Shown: piece after piece, positions 20,628 to 30,166 of the stretch
Layout of the letters: each line of letters opens with the position of its first letter
Numbering within the stretch: position 1 is the first letter of the stretch
Assembly: GCF_013004595.1 (NCBI RefSeq)
Contig: NZ_JABEMC010000007.1
Location: forward strand, 1 to 64,000
DNA from: Brevibacterium luteolum
GTDB taxonomy: Bacteria; Actinomycetota; Actinomycetes; Actinomycetales; Brevibacteriaceae
Direction of reading: 5' to 3'
Length of the DNA stretch: 64,000 nt
The notes under the pieces: model-generated
Seen by the model: the letters and a program-made list of their open reading frames with translations, nothing else
Told to the model about the DNA's origin: nothing
Databases searched by the model: none
Translations under genes and position numbers: made by a program

Positions 20628-21822
20628 GCTCTACGGCGTGATCGTCGGTCATATCGATGCGCAGGGGCCGCAGGACTTCGATTTCACGGCGAGCACAGAA
20701 GCCATCAGCCGCTTCGGCATCAACAGCGATGTGCTCTCAGTCGCCGTTCCGCTGACCGATCGACCGCCGCGCCACCACGCCGGCAGGCGGCGGAACTTCT
20801 TCAATGAGCTGCTGCCCGAAGGTGACATCCTGACCTGGATGCTTGAGCGCAGCGGCCTCCGCAGAGGCGATACGCCGGCGTTCCTCGCCCGCTACGGTCG
20901 GGACATCGCAGGGGCCGTGCAGATCTGGGATGTCGACGATCCCAGTGAACCGCCGACGCCCGAAGCCAGTCCCGTGAGCGACCGCGAGATCCGGTCACTG
21001 CTCGAAAGCCCGATGGCCGACCCGCTCGCGAACCGACGACGGTCGGGGAGGACCTCGCTGGCCGGTGTGCAGCCGAAGATCGTCCTGGCTCAGCGAGACG
21101 GCCGCTGGCATCGTGTCGCAGGCGGCTATCCTTCAACGCACATCATCAAGCCGAGCCTCTCGGCGCACCCGACGGTCATCGGTGATGAGGAATACGGCTG
21201 GCGCCTCGCCCGCGCCCTCGGTCTGGCGGACTATCGAGTCGAGCTGACCGCGTTCGCAGAGCTGCCAGCGCTCGTCATCGAACGCTTCGATCGAGGCGCT
21301 CAGGGTGAGCGACTCCACCAGGAGGACTTCAATCAGGCACTGGGAGCCGCCGGTGATGAGAAATACCAGGAGGTCGGCGGAGCAGTGACGCTCAGACGAA
21401 TCGCTGAGACCGTCCGCCGCCGCTGCCCGAGGCCAGAGCTCATCCAGCTGGCCCGCCAGGTCGTCCTGTGCTGCGCGATCGGCAACCTCGACATGCACGC
21501 GAAGAACCTCGGCCTCATGCATCTGCCAGACCAGAAGACGCTGCTGGCTCCCGCCTACGACATGGTGCCCATGGCTCAGCATCGCGATGCCGATGGCCGG
21601 CTGGCGCTGACCGTTGACCGGCACTACCGGCTGGCCGACGTCAGCCACAGCAGCCTCGTCAGCGAAGTCGCATCATGGAAGCTCAGCGATGCCGAACGGA
21701 TCGTCACTGAGGCCCTCGAAGAGATCCGCACAGCCGTCGGGGCGGAGACACCCGACCCCTCAGCCTCACCTGACCTGCAGGAGTCGATCGGGCAGCGCAC
21801 TCAGCGGCTGCTCGAGCACTGA
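20611..21822 (+). CDS. hipA: HipA-family Ser/Thr kinase toxin
   Basis: N-terminal couple domain (NFFNELLPEG, GRDIAGA), SLAGVQPK loop, STHIIKP, IERFDR, HQEDFNQ, GNLDMHAKN, LAPAYD. Confidence 0.92.
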   Translation: MRLAVELYGVIVGHIDAQGPQDFDFTASTEAISRFGINSDVLSVAVPLTDRPPRHHAGRRRNFFNELLPEGDILTWMLERSGLRRGDTPAFLARYGRDIAGAVQIWDVDDPSEPPTPEASPVSDREIRSLLESPMADPLANRRRSGRTSLAGVQPKIVLAQRDGRWHRVAGGYPSTHIIKPSLSAHPTVIGDEEYGWRLARALGLADYRVELTAFAELPALVIERFDRGAQGERLHQEDFNQALGAAGDEKYQEVGGAVTLRRIAETVRRRCPRPELIQLARQVVLCCAIGNLDMHAKNLGLMHLPDQKTLLAPAYDMVPMAQHRDADGRLALTVDRHYRLADVSHSSLVSEVASWKLSDAERIVTEALEEIRTAVGAETPDPSASPDLQESIGQRTQRLLEH

Positions 21823-21841
21823 CCCTGTGCGCTCGGCCGCC

Positions 21842-22432
21842 TCAGTGCTCGCCGACGAGCGGGTCGCGCAGCACCGGCTCCCGGAGCGCCGCCGTCCCGG
21901 CAGGGGAGGCGCCGCCGCCGAAAGTCGGCTCGCGCAGCGCCATCTGGCGGCGCAGCTCCTTGGCCTTGATGCGCTGCTCGGCCGACTCGAGATCATCCGA
22001 GGTGGGCCGCTGCGGCACCTGGGCTGTCGCCTCGGCGCCGGCCGCAGCCCAGGCATCTGCCTCACGCATGGCGATCTCACGCAGCTCATCGAGCGTCAGC
22101 GTCCCGCTCGTGCGGCCGTCGACGGCCAGCCGGCCGAGGTCGACGAGCCTGGTGGTCGGCAGGCGCATGTAATGGCTGATGATCGCCTCGAACTCCAGCT
22201 GCTCGCGCAGGTCGAGTTCGGGACGCCTCGGCATCGCCTGCGGAAATCCGTCATGGGCAGCGGCCACAAAGGGTCCGTATTCGCCGATCGCCGTCTCGTC
22301 TTCGAACAGCGGCTCCTCATGCCACGCCAACCACCAGGCCTGCGCGCAGACGAGCAGCAGATCGGCTTGAGTCTTCGTCACACCCGGCTGCAGGAACTTC
22401 AGCCAGGCGAGCACTTCACGCGCGGTGCGCAT
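21842..22432 (-). CDS. Divergent Panacea/SocA (DUF4065)-like protein with C-terminal extension
   Basis: LLLVCAQAWWLAWHEEPLFEDETAIGEYGPFV resembles the Panacea pattern (LLYY.QAW.L....PLF.E.I.AW..GPV). GAGGAG RBS. Confidence 0.65.
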   Translation of the reverse strand: MRTAREVLAWLKFLQPGVTKTQADLLLVCAQAWWLAWHEEPLFEDETAIGEYGPFVAAAHDGFPQAMPRRPELDLREQLEFEAIISHYMRLPTTRLVDLGRLAVDGRTSGTLTLDELREIAMREADAWAAAGAEATAQVPQRPTSDDLESAEQRIKAKELRRQMALREPTFGGGASPAGTAALREPVLRDPLVGEH

Positions 22433-22770
22433 GGCACAGCTCCTCTCGCCAGCGAGCTCTCCATTGATGTCTCGCCTGATACCACCCTAACCGCCCCGCG
22501 CAGACGGTCGATCCTCAAAGCCGCATGATCGGCTGTGATTTTCGTCCAAGGCCACCTGCCGACTGACGGACACAGAGCCGTCATGGAGCCGCTGAGGCTG
22601 ATTGCAACCTTCGTGCAGGTCTACGCCAAAGGTGCAGTGCCGAATCCATTGACGCAGACATCCCGTCTTGCTTCCATGAATATGTGAGCAGTTCGGCCGT
22701 CCCCTCCACCTCAGCTGAACGCCACCGCCCCGATCATCCCTCGAACACCCCGTCCAAGGAGAGATCCCCC

Positions 22771-23415
22771 ATGCGTCACGCACGCACCATCCCCACCCTG
22801 GTCGTCGCCGGCACCCTGGCTGTCGGCAGCCTGCTCGGCACCTCGGCAGCGGTCCTCCCGACCGCCGAGGCGGCCCCCGCCTCGGCGGCGGTCGCCACCC
22901 AGGCCGGCGAGAAGGTCCTCGACTACCGCTGGGAGCAGCAGGATGACTACTACAACTGCGGGCCCTTCGCCATGCGGATCGCGCTCTCGGCCTTCGGGCA
23001 TGACGTCCCGGCCAACGACCTGGCCGCCGAGGCCGGCACGACGACTGCCGGCACGAACTTCGGCGCCATCGAGCAGGTGATGAACGCCCGCCTGAACACG
23101 ACGTTCTACGAGACCAAGTGGATCAGCGAGGAGCCCACCCAGGAGCAGAAGGACCTGTTCTGGCATGATGTGCAGTACGACATCGACCGCGGCCACCCGG
23201 TCATCGTCGACATCATGACCGGCCCCGGCGCCTCCCCGGACTGGTACCCCAAGGACCAGGGCCTCATCTACCACTTCTTCACCGTCGTCGGCTACAACAC
23301 CGACACCCGCGAAGTGAAGATCGCCGACCCGGCGAACTTCGGCGGCGTCGGCGAGTTCTGGCTGCCGGCCGACCAGGTCGCGCTCATGGCAGGCGGCCGC
23401 GGCTACACCGGCTGA
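22771..23415 (+). CDS. Secreted C39-like cysteine peptidase
   Basis: Sec signal peptide ending AEA; catalytic motifs Q..YNCGP, YHFFTVVGY, IADP; AAGGAG RBS. Confidence 0.85.
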   Translation: MRHARTIPTLVVAGTLAVGSLLGTSAAVLPTAEAAPASAAVATQAGEKVLDYRWEQQDDYYNCGPFAMRIALSAFGHDVPANDLAAEAGTTTAGTNFGAIEQVMNARLNTTFYETKWISEEPTQEQKDLFWHDVQYDIDRGHPVIVDIMTGPGASPDWYPKDQGLIYHFFTVVGYNTDTREVKIADPANFGGVGEFWLPADQVALMAGGRGYTG

Positions 23416-23511
23416 CCCCTCTGACCCCGCGCCCGAGGCGGTGGCCGGCACCTGTGCCGGTCACCGCCTTCCGCTATGGTGACGGGCCGGCGGCTTCGCT
23501 ATTGTCAGGTC

Positions 23512-23748
23512 ATGGGAATCGGGCGCATGTTCAAGCGCAGGTGGCGGACCGTCACGCTGCTGGCATGCGCTGTCGTCATCTGCACGCTCTTCGTCATCCG
23601 CCCGTGGGCGCAGGAGCCGGCAGCCGGCTGGGAGCTGCTCGTGCAGATCGCCGCTGTGCTCACCGCTGGGCTGGCGCTGTTCGGGCTGTTCGTGCCCGCC
23701 GCGCCTGGAGGCAGAGCCCGCCGCGAGGGCCCCGGCCGTGAGCGGTGA
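23512..23748 (+). CDS. Small two-TM membrane protein
   Basis: Two hydrophobic segments (VTLLACAVVICTLFVI; LLVQIAAVLTAGLALFGLFV). TATTGT 6 nt upstream of the ATG. Confidence 0.55.
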   Translation: MGIGRMFKRRWRTVTLLACAVVICTLFVIRPWAQEPAAGWELLVQIAAVLTAGLALFGLFVPAAPGGRARREGPGRER

Positions 23749-23792
23749 GCTTTCAGTTCAGGCGTGCTGCCGGTCTTCAGCACCGCGGTGCC

Positions 23793-24533
23793 TCACCTCT
23801 CCAGATGCTCGAAGGCCCTCCGGTAGAACCACTCGACGTGCGCGGTGACCGCGTCCGCGGCAGCCTGCGGGTCGCTGCCGGTTACAGCCGCGAGGATCTG
23901 CCGGTGCTGCTCCTGCAGGCGCAGCCTGACCTGCGGCCAGTCGGTCAGCAGCCGCACCCCCTCCTGCACATAGCCGACGGTCGCCTGGCGCAGCGAGCCG
24001 AGAATCGTCGTCGTCACCGCATTGCCGCCCAGTGAGGTGATCGTCAGGTGGAACTGTGCATCGAGTTCGTGGAACGTCTCATCGGGCAGAGCCGGGTCAT
24101 CGAGGGCAGCGAGGATCTCAGCGGCCCGTGCAAGAGTCTGTTCCGCCTCGGGATCGGAGGCGGCCTCACGCCGGGCGGCTGCGGCAGCGGCATCGGCTTC
24201 GAGCAGCCGGCGCACCGCGACAACGTCGACGACCGGCAGGAAGCTCGACGCCAGGTGCATCCGCAGCCCCCAGCCGAGAGCGGCCGAGGGTTCGGAGATG
24301 ACGATCGCCCCAGCGCTCGGGCCTGAGCCGACCCCCGAGCGCACGAGCCCGAGCGCGTCGAGGATGCGGATCGCCTCGCGCACGGAGTTTCGGGAGATGC
24401 CGAACTCCTCGGCCAGCGCCCGCTCCGAGGGCAGCCGGTCGCCGATGCGCAGCTGCCCTGTGCGCAGCCGGTCTTCGACAGCGTCGAGGATGGCGGCATA
24501 GGACTTCGCGGGAGTGCGGCGTTCGGGGCCCAT
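23793..24533 (-). CDS. lldR: FadR/GntR-family regulator (LldR-like)
   Basis: GDRLPSERALAEEFGISRNSVREAI HTH plus FCD domain (DAQFH, EQHRQI). Next to the lactate genes. Confidence 0.85.
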   Translation of the reverse strand: MGPERRTPAKSYAAILDAVEDRLRTGQLRIGDRLPSERALAEEFGISRNSVREAIRILDALGLVRSGVGSGPSAGAIVISEPSAALGWGLRMHLASSFLPVVDVVAVRRLLEADAAAAAARREAASDPEAEQTLARAAEILAALDDPALPDETFHELDAQFHLTITSLGGNAVTTTILGSLRQATVGYVQEGVRLLTDWPQVRLRLQEQHRQILAAVTGSDPQAAADAVTAHVEWFYRRAFEHLER

Positions 24534-24544
24534 CTGGTGAATGC

Positions 24545-26209
24545 TCAGGGAAGCATCCACGCGAGCACATTCGACTGCAGGAACACGAGGCTGCAGATGA
24601 TGAACAGCAGCCCGATGCTCCACGGGATGACCTTCTTGAAGATCTCGGACTCCTTGCCCTCCATCTGCACCGCCGTCGCTGCGATCGCCAGGGATTGCGG
24701 GGAGATCATCTTGCCCACGACCCCGCCCGAGGTGTTGGCCGCCAGCAGCAGCTTCGGGTCGATTCCGGCGTTGGTCGCCGCGGTGTGCTGCAGGTTGGAG
24801 AACAGCGCGTTGGCGGAGGTGTCGGAACCGGTGACGGCGGTGCCGAGCCAGCCGAGGATCGGGGAGAGGAAGGCGAAGATCGCGCCCAGCGACGCGAGGT
24901 AGGCGCCGATCGAGACAGTCTGGCCGGAGAAGTTCATGACATAGGCCAGAGCCAGCACGGCCGCGATCGTCAGTGCCGCCCACCGCATCCGCCAGGCGCA
25001 GGTGCCGATGAGCCCGAGTGCTGCACCCATCCCGAGGCGGTAGCGGCCGTGTTCGCTGAAGATCGTGTAGATCGCCGCGACGACGAGTCCGGTGATGAGC
25101 AGGATGGTGCCCGGTGAGGACAGCCAGGCGAGCTTGTAGGTGGTGGACGCGACGACCGATCCGTCGGCGGTGAGCAGGTGCTCGGACAGCCCCGGCCACG
25201 GGATCTCCAAGGTGGTGGACGCCAGGGCGGCCGGGACGTCGATGCCGAGCTTCCACATGTTCGCCACGGCGAAGAAGGCGACGACGAGCAGGTAGGGCAG
25301 CAGGGCCATCCACACGCGCACCGGCTTGAGCTCGGTGGTGCTCACCGGCGCGGTGACGCCGAGGCGCTCGCGCACCTCTGCGGTGCCGCGTGGGGTCCAG
25401 ACCTTGAGGAACAGCACTGCGGCGCCGAGCGAGGCGAGGCAGGCGACGATGTCGGTCATCTCGTAGGAGAAGTGGGTCGCCGACCACCACTGGGCGATGC
25501 CGAAGGACAGGCCGATGACGAGCGCTGCCGGCCAGGCGTCCTTGATGCCGCGCAGTCCGTCGAGGACGAAGAGCAGCACGAAGGGCACGATCCAGGCGAC
25601 GAACGGAGCCTGCACACCGACGATCGCACCGATCGCTGCCGGGTCCTCACCGGTCAGGGAGCCTGCGGTGGTGATCGGAATAGCGAGTGCACCGAAGGCC
25701 ACCGGCGCGGTGTTGGCCAGCAGCACGGCGATGGCCGCGCGCAGCGGAGCCACGCCGAGGGCCATCACCATCGTGGCGGTGATTGCGACCGGGGCGCCGA
25801 AGCCGGCGAGGGCTTCGAGCAGGCCGCCGAAGCAGAAGGCGATGAGGATCGCCTGGATGCGCAGGTCGCCGCCGCCGATGCGGTCGAAGAGCAGACGCAG
25901 GTCCTCGAAGCGGCCGGACGTGACGGTCAGCTCGTAGAACCACAGTGCCATGACGATGATCCACACGATCGGGAACAGCCCGAAGGCTGCGCCCTGTGTT
26001 GCGGACAGGGCCGCCAGTCCGAGGGGCATCTTGAAGCCGAGCCAGGCGACGAGCAGCGCCGCGGTCAGCGCGGCCAGCGCCGAGGTGTGGGCGCGGGCTT
26101 TGACGCCGAGCAGCATGGCGAAGAAGGTCGCAAGCGGGATGAGGGCGACAAGGGCGGACAGACCCAGTGACCCGCCGACGGCGTCGGTGGCTGCGGTGAA
26201 GTTCTCCAC
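24545..26209 (-). CDS. lldP: L-lactate permease
   Basis: FGGLLEALAGFGAP, ANTAPVAFGALAIP, TGSDTSANALF, GKMISPQS. Confidence 0.93.
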   Translation of the reverse strand: MENFTAATDAVGGSLGLSALVALIPLATFFAMLLGVKARAHTSALAALTAALLVAWLGFKMPLGLAALSATQGAAFGLFPIVWIIVMALWFYELTVTSGRFEDLRLLFDRIGGGDLRIQAILIAFCFGGLLEALAGFGAPVAITATMVMALGVAPLRAAIAVLLANTAPVAFGALAIPITTAGSLTGEDPAAIGAIVGVQAPFVAWIVPFVLLFVLDGLRGIKDAWPAALVIGLSFGIAQWWSATHFSYEMTDIVACLASLGAAVLFLKVWTPRGTAEVRERLGVTAPVSTTELKPVRVWMALLPYLLVVAFFAVANMWKLGIDVPAALASTTLEIPWPGLSEHLLTADGSVVASTTYKLAWLSSPGTILLITGLVVAAIYTIFSEHGRYRLGMGAALGLIGTCAWRMRWAALTIAAVLALAYVMNFSGQTVSIGAYLASLGAIFAFLSPILGWLGTAVTGSDTSANALFSNLQHTAATNAGIDPKLLLAANTSGGVVGKMISPQSLAIAATAVQMEGKESEIFKKVIPWSIGLLFIICSLVFLQSNVLAWMLP

Positions 26210-26313
26210 GGGGGCTCCTTGAGACGGGAGGGCGCTCGGATGCGGGCGCGGCCAGTGAGGTGCGTTCAGCAGTGAACGTGATCCACGCCGGTGCTGTGTG
26301 CTACATTACAGTA

Positions 26314-26328
26314 TGTGGTGGGACCACA
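26314..26328. promoter_or_regulatory. LldR/FadR-type operator
   Basis: Palindrome TGTGGT-GGG-ACCACA in the divergent lldP/lutA intergenic region, matching TGGT-N3-ACCA. Confidence 0.75.
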
Positions 26329-26496
26329 GCTTACACGCGTTCGGGACGAGCACAAATCCGTGTCAGGTTAAAGGCGTACGATGGCACACAGCAGCACCTC
26401 ATCAGAGCCGCTCCCGGCGCCGACCTCGCTCCGGAACCATGAGCGTGCTGCCGCCGAGCTCCTGCCGGCAGGCGGGACGTCAGAGGGGAGTAGACA

Positions 26497-27414
26497 ATGA
26501 CATCGGCCACCCGGCCCAGCCCGCCCGGTCCTGTGCAGTCAGCCCAGGCCCCGACACCGGGGCAGACCGCCGCATCGGCGCAGCCCGCCACATCGGCGCA
26601 GACCGCGCTGCGGATCGCGATCTTCCCGACCTGCATCGTCGACGCGATGTACCCCCGAGTCGCCGAAGCCATGGTGCGGATCCTCGAACGCCTCGGCCAC
26701 GAGGTCGTCTTCCCGCCCCAGCAGACCTGCTGCTCGCAGATGCACGTCAACTCCGGTTACTTCGCAGACGCCTACGACATCGTGCGCAACCACGTCGAGG
26801 CCTTCTCCGACTACGACTACGACGTCGCCGTCGCCCCCTCTGCCTCGTGCGTCGTGTCCCTGCAGCACCAGCAGCCCGACATCGCCCGCCGCGCCGGTGA
26901 CCCAGCCTGCGCCTCGGCGGCGGAGGCCATCGCCGGGCGGACGTTTGAGCTCTCGAAGCTGCTCATCGACGTCCTCGGCATCACCGATGCCGCCACCCAG
27001 CTCGACTCCTACTTTCCGCACCGGGTGACCTTCCACTCCAGCTGCCACGGGCTGCGGCACATGAAGCTCGGCACCCGGCAGTCCGATCTGCTGCGCACCG
27101 TCGCCGGCATCGACTACGCCGAGCTGCCCGGGCTGGAGGATTGCTGCGGCTTCGGCGGCACCTTCTCCTTCAAGAACGCCGGCACCTCTGGGGCGATGAC
27201 CGCCGACAAAGTCGCCGCGATCCAGTCCACCGGGGCCTCGATCTGCGCCGGCGGCGACGTCTCATGCCTGATGAACATCGGCGGCGCCGCACAGAAGCAG
27301 AAGACCGGCATCACCACCGTCCACTTCGCTGAGATCCTCGCGAGCACCCGGGAGAATCCCCTGCAGGTCTCCGGCGACGTCGCCGTCTCCGGGGGCGGAA
27401 GGAGCTGCGCATGA
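26497..27414 (+). CDS. lutA: Lactate utilization Fe-S (CCG) subunit
   Basis: FPTCIVD, QTCCSQ, SASC, HSSCH, CCGFGGTFS, DVSCLMNIGG. Confidence 0.9.
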   Translation: MTSATRPSPPGPVQSAQAPTPGQTAASAQPATSAQTALRIAIFPTCIVDAMYPRVAEAMVRILERLGHEVVFPPQQTCCSQMHVNSGYFADAYDIVRNHVEAFSDYDYDVAVAPSASCVVSLQHQQPDIARRAGDPACASAAEAIAGRTFELSKLLIDVLGITDAATQLDSYFPHRVTFHSSCHGLRHMKLGTRQSDLLRTVAGIDYAELPGLEDCCGFGGTFSFKNAGTSGAMTADKVAAIQSTGASICAGGDVSCLMNIGGAAQKQKTGITTVHFAEILASTRENPLQVSGDVAVSGGGRSCA

Positions 27415-29273
27415 CCACCGTCAACCTCGGGATGCCGACGATCCGCCACGGCCGCGGCAACCTCTTCGCCGACGAACCCTTCACCTCGGGCGCGGCCCGG
27501 GATCTGAAGAACGAGACCCTGCGCGGCAACCTCAATTTTGCGATGCGCAAGATCCGCGGCAAGCGCGCCGCCGTCGTCAGCGAGATGCCCGACTGGCAGC
27601 AGCTGCGCGCCGCCGGCTCGGCGATCAAGCAGAACGTGCTGGCCGACCTGCCCGAACTCCTCGAGCAGTTCGAGGCCTCCTTCACCGCTGCCGGCGGCCA
27701 CGTCCACTGGGCCCGTGACGCCGATGAGGCCAATGCGATCGCCCTGCGGCTGATCCAGGAGCAGGGAGTGGACGAGGTCAACAAGATCAAGTCGATGGCC
27801 ACCCAGGAGACCGGCCTCAACGAATACCTCGAAGCCCACGGCATCACCGCTGTTGAGACCGACCTGGCCGAGGAGATCGTGCAGCTCGGCGGCGACAAGC
27901 CCTCCCACATCGTCGTGCCGGCCATCCACCGCAACCGGGAAGAGGTCCGCGACATCTTCCTGCGCGAGATCGACGGCGTGCGTCCGGATCTGACCTCCGA
28001 GCCCACCGACCTGGCCGACGCATCGCGCGAGCGCCTGCGCGCGAAGTTTTTCGACAACCGCGTCGCCGTCTCCGGGGCGAACTTCGGGATCGCTGAGACC
28101 GGCACACTGACGATCGTCGAATCCGAAGGCAACGGCCGCATGTGCCTGACCCTGCCGGACACCCTCATCACCTTCATGGGGATCGAGAAGGTGCTGCCGC
28201 GCTTTGCCGACCTGGAGGTGTTCCTGCAGCTGCTGCCGCGCTCCTCAACCGGTGAGCGGATGAACCCCTACACCTCCCTGTGGACCGGCGTGACTCCCGG
28301 CGACGGGCCGCAGAACCTCCACGTCATCCTCATCGACAACGGCCGCACCGCCACACTGGCCGATGAGGTCGGCCGCCAGGCCCTGCACTGCATCCGCTGT
28401 TCAGCCTGCCTCAATGTCTGCCCCGTCTTCGAGCGCGCCGGCGGTCATGCCTACGGCTCGGTCTATCCGGGCCCGATCGGCGCGATCCTGTCCCCGCAGA
28501 TGACCGGCATCGAGGCCGCGGCGAACAACTCGCTGCCCTATGCTTCGTCCCTGTGCGGGGCCTGCTACGAAGTCTGCCCGGTCAAGATCAACATCCCCGA
28601 TGTGCTCGTCCACCTGCGCGGCGCCGACGTCGAGGCACGCCACAGCGCGCGCAGCACCGCGCCCGAGGCGGTGGACGTTTCGCCTGCCACCGACGCCTCT
28701 GCTTCCGGCGCCTCCCGGCGCTCCCGCCTGACAACGGCCGCCCGCACCGGGGCTGCCCGCATCGCCGGGGCGGTGGCCCGTCGGGTGCCCGATCAGATGG
28801 ATGCCCTCATGGCGGCTGCCAAGACCGCCTTCGCCAAGCCCGGGCTGCTGAGCATCGGTGAACGGGGACTGCCGCTGGGCAGGATCCTCGGCGGCAGGGA
28901 CGGGAAGATCTCCTTCCTGCCCGGTCTCATCGGCGGGTGGACCGAGCATCGGATCATCGACGCACCGCCTGTGCAGTCCTTCCGCCACTGGTGGAAGCGC
29001 AACCGCACGAGCGCCCCAGTGCGCCGCGCCCCCGAGCAGAGGGCCGATGTCGCCGCTCTCATCGCAGCCAACCGCGGCAAGGCCGCCGAACTCCATGCGC
29101 GCTTCGCCGCACCTGCCGATGACTACACCCGGCTCATGGCCGCCGAACGGGCAGGGATCCAGCACCACGACGCCACCGGTGCCGCCGTGGCCGACTATGC
29201 CCGCGGCACCGAGACCTCGGCGACCACCGCCTCGGGCACGGACGACGGACGGATGAAAGGCGAGAGAGCATGA
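27411..29273 (+). CDS. lutB: Lactate utilization Fe-S subunit
   Basis: KIKSM, ETDLAE, PSHIVVPAIH, ESEGNGRMC, CIRCSACLNVCP, SSLCGACYEVCPV. Confidence 0.93.
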   Translation: MTTVNLGMPTIRHGRGNLFADEPFTSGAARDLKNETLRGNLNFAMRKIRGKRAAVVSEMPDWQQLRAAGSAIKQNVLADLPELLEQFEASFTAAGGHVHWARDADEANAIALRLIQEQGVDEVNKIKSMATQETGLNEYLEAHGITAVETDLAEEIVQLGGDKPSHIVVPAIHRNREEVRDIFLREIDGVRPDLTSEPTDLADASRERLRAKFFDNRVAVSGANFGIAETGTLTIVESEGNGRMCLTLPDTLITFMGIEKVLPRFADLEVFLQLLPRSSTGERMNPYTSLWTGVTPGDGPQNLHVILIDNGRTATLADEVGRQALHCIRCSACLNVCPVFERAGGHAYGSVYPGPIGAILSPQMTGIEAAANNSLPYASSLCGACYEVCPVKINIPDVLVHLRGADVEARHSARSTAPEAVDVSPATDASASGASRRSRLTTAARTGAARIAGAVARRVPDQMDALMAAAKTAFAKPGLLSIGERGLPLGRILGGRDGKISFLPGLIGGWTEHRIIDAPPVQSFRHWWKRNRTSAPVRRAPEQRADVAALIAANRGKAAELHARFAAPADDYTRLMAAERAGIQHHDATGAAVADYARGTETSATTASGTDDGRMKGERA

Positions 29274-29911
29274 GTGAGCAGACCACCTCAGCGAAGGCCG
29301 AGATCCTCGCCCGCATCCGTTCGGCGCTGGCCGACAATCCGCAGCCGGCCGCACCCGTGCGCAACTACCGGCAGCGCAGCAGCGCCGATGCGCAGGCGGT
29401 GCGCGAGATGTTCATCGATCGGATCGTCGACTACAAAGCTCGTGCATTCATCGAAACCGCAGAGACGATCGCCGGGCGGATCGCCGAACTCCTCGGCGAA
29501 GATGCGCGGCACGTGGTGCCGGAGGGATTCCCGGTCGGCTGGCTGCCCAGTGACGGCTCTGCTGGTGAGAGGATCGTTGACACAGCAGACCAGCCGCTCA
29601 GCCACGCCGAACTCGACGCGGTCGACGCCGTCGTGACGTCTTCGACGGTCTCGTGCGCGGAGACCGGGACCGTGTTCCTCAACGCGGGGCCTGCCGAAGG
29701 GCGTCGGGCGATCAGTCTCATCCCCGATCACCACATCTGCGTGGTGCCGGCCGAATCGCTCGTCGAGCTCGTGCCCGAGGCGCTCGCCCGCATCGACCAC
29801 AGGCAGCCGGTGACGATGTTCTCCGGACCGTCGGCGACCTCGGACATCGAGCTGCAACGTGTCGAGGGGGTCCACGGTCCGCGGAAGGTCGACATCATCA
29901 TCCTCGACTGA
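29270..29911 (+). CDS. lutC: Lactate utilization protein C (LUD domain)
   Basis: AETGTV, GRRAISLIPDHH, SGPSATSDIEL, GVHGP. Confidence 0.92.
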   Translation: MSEQTTSAKAEILARIRSALADNPQPAAPVRNYRQRSSADAQAVREMFIDRIVDYKARAFIETAETIAGRIAELLGEDARHVVPEGFPVGWLPSDGSAGERIVDTADQPLSHAELDAVDAVVTSSTVSCAETGTVFLNAGPAEGRRAISLIPDHHICVVPAESLVELVPEALARIDHRQPVTMFSGPSATSDIELQRVEGVHGPRKVDIIILD

Positions 29912-30037
29912 GCTGCAGATCTCTCCGGCAGGCAAGCCGCGACCCGAGCTCTCGGACCGGGGCGGCGCGGACACCGGGGCGGCACAGACGATGAAGGCGC
30001 GGTTCGAGGCAGCGAAAACGCCGCATGAGGCCGCCGC

Positions 30038-30057
30038 CTGTCCGAGATTCCGGACAG
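30038..30057. promoter_or_regulatory. Candidate HutR (IclR) operator upstream of hutU
   Basis: CTGTCCG-AGATTC-CGGACAG palindrome. A related 14-mer, TCCGGCATTTCAGA, lies upstream of hutI (40773-40786). Confidence 0.55.
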
Positions 30058-30166
30058 ATCGTGCTTCGGCTCACTTTCGGCTGCTTCCACCTGCGCGCAG
30101 ACTGGAAGCAGAACCGTTCGCACCCCGCGCCTGACTGCAGGCGTCCCGAGAGCCGGAGGAAGACGC

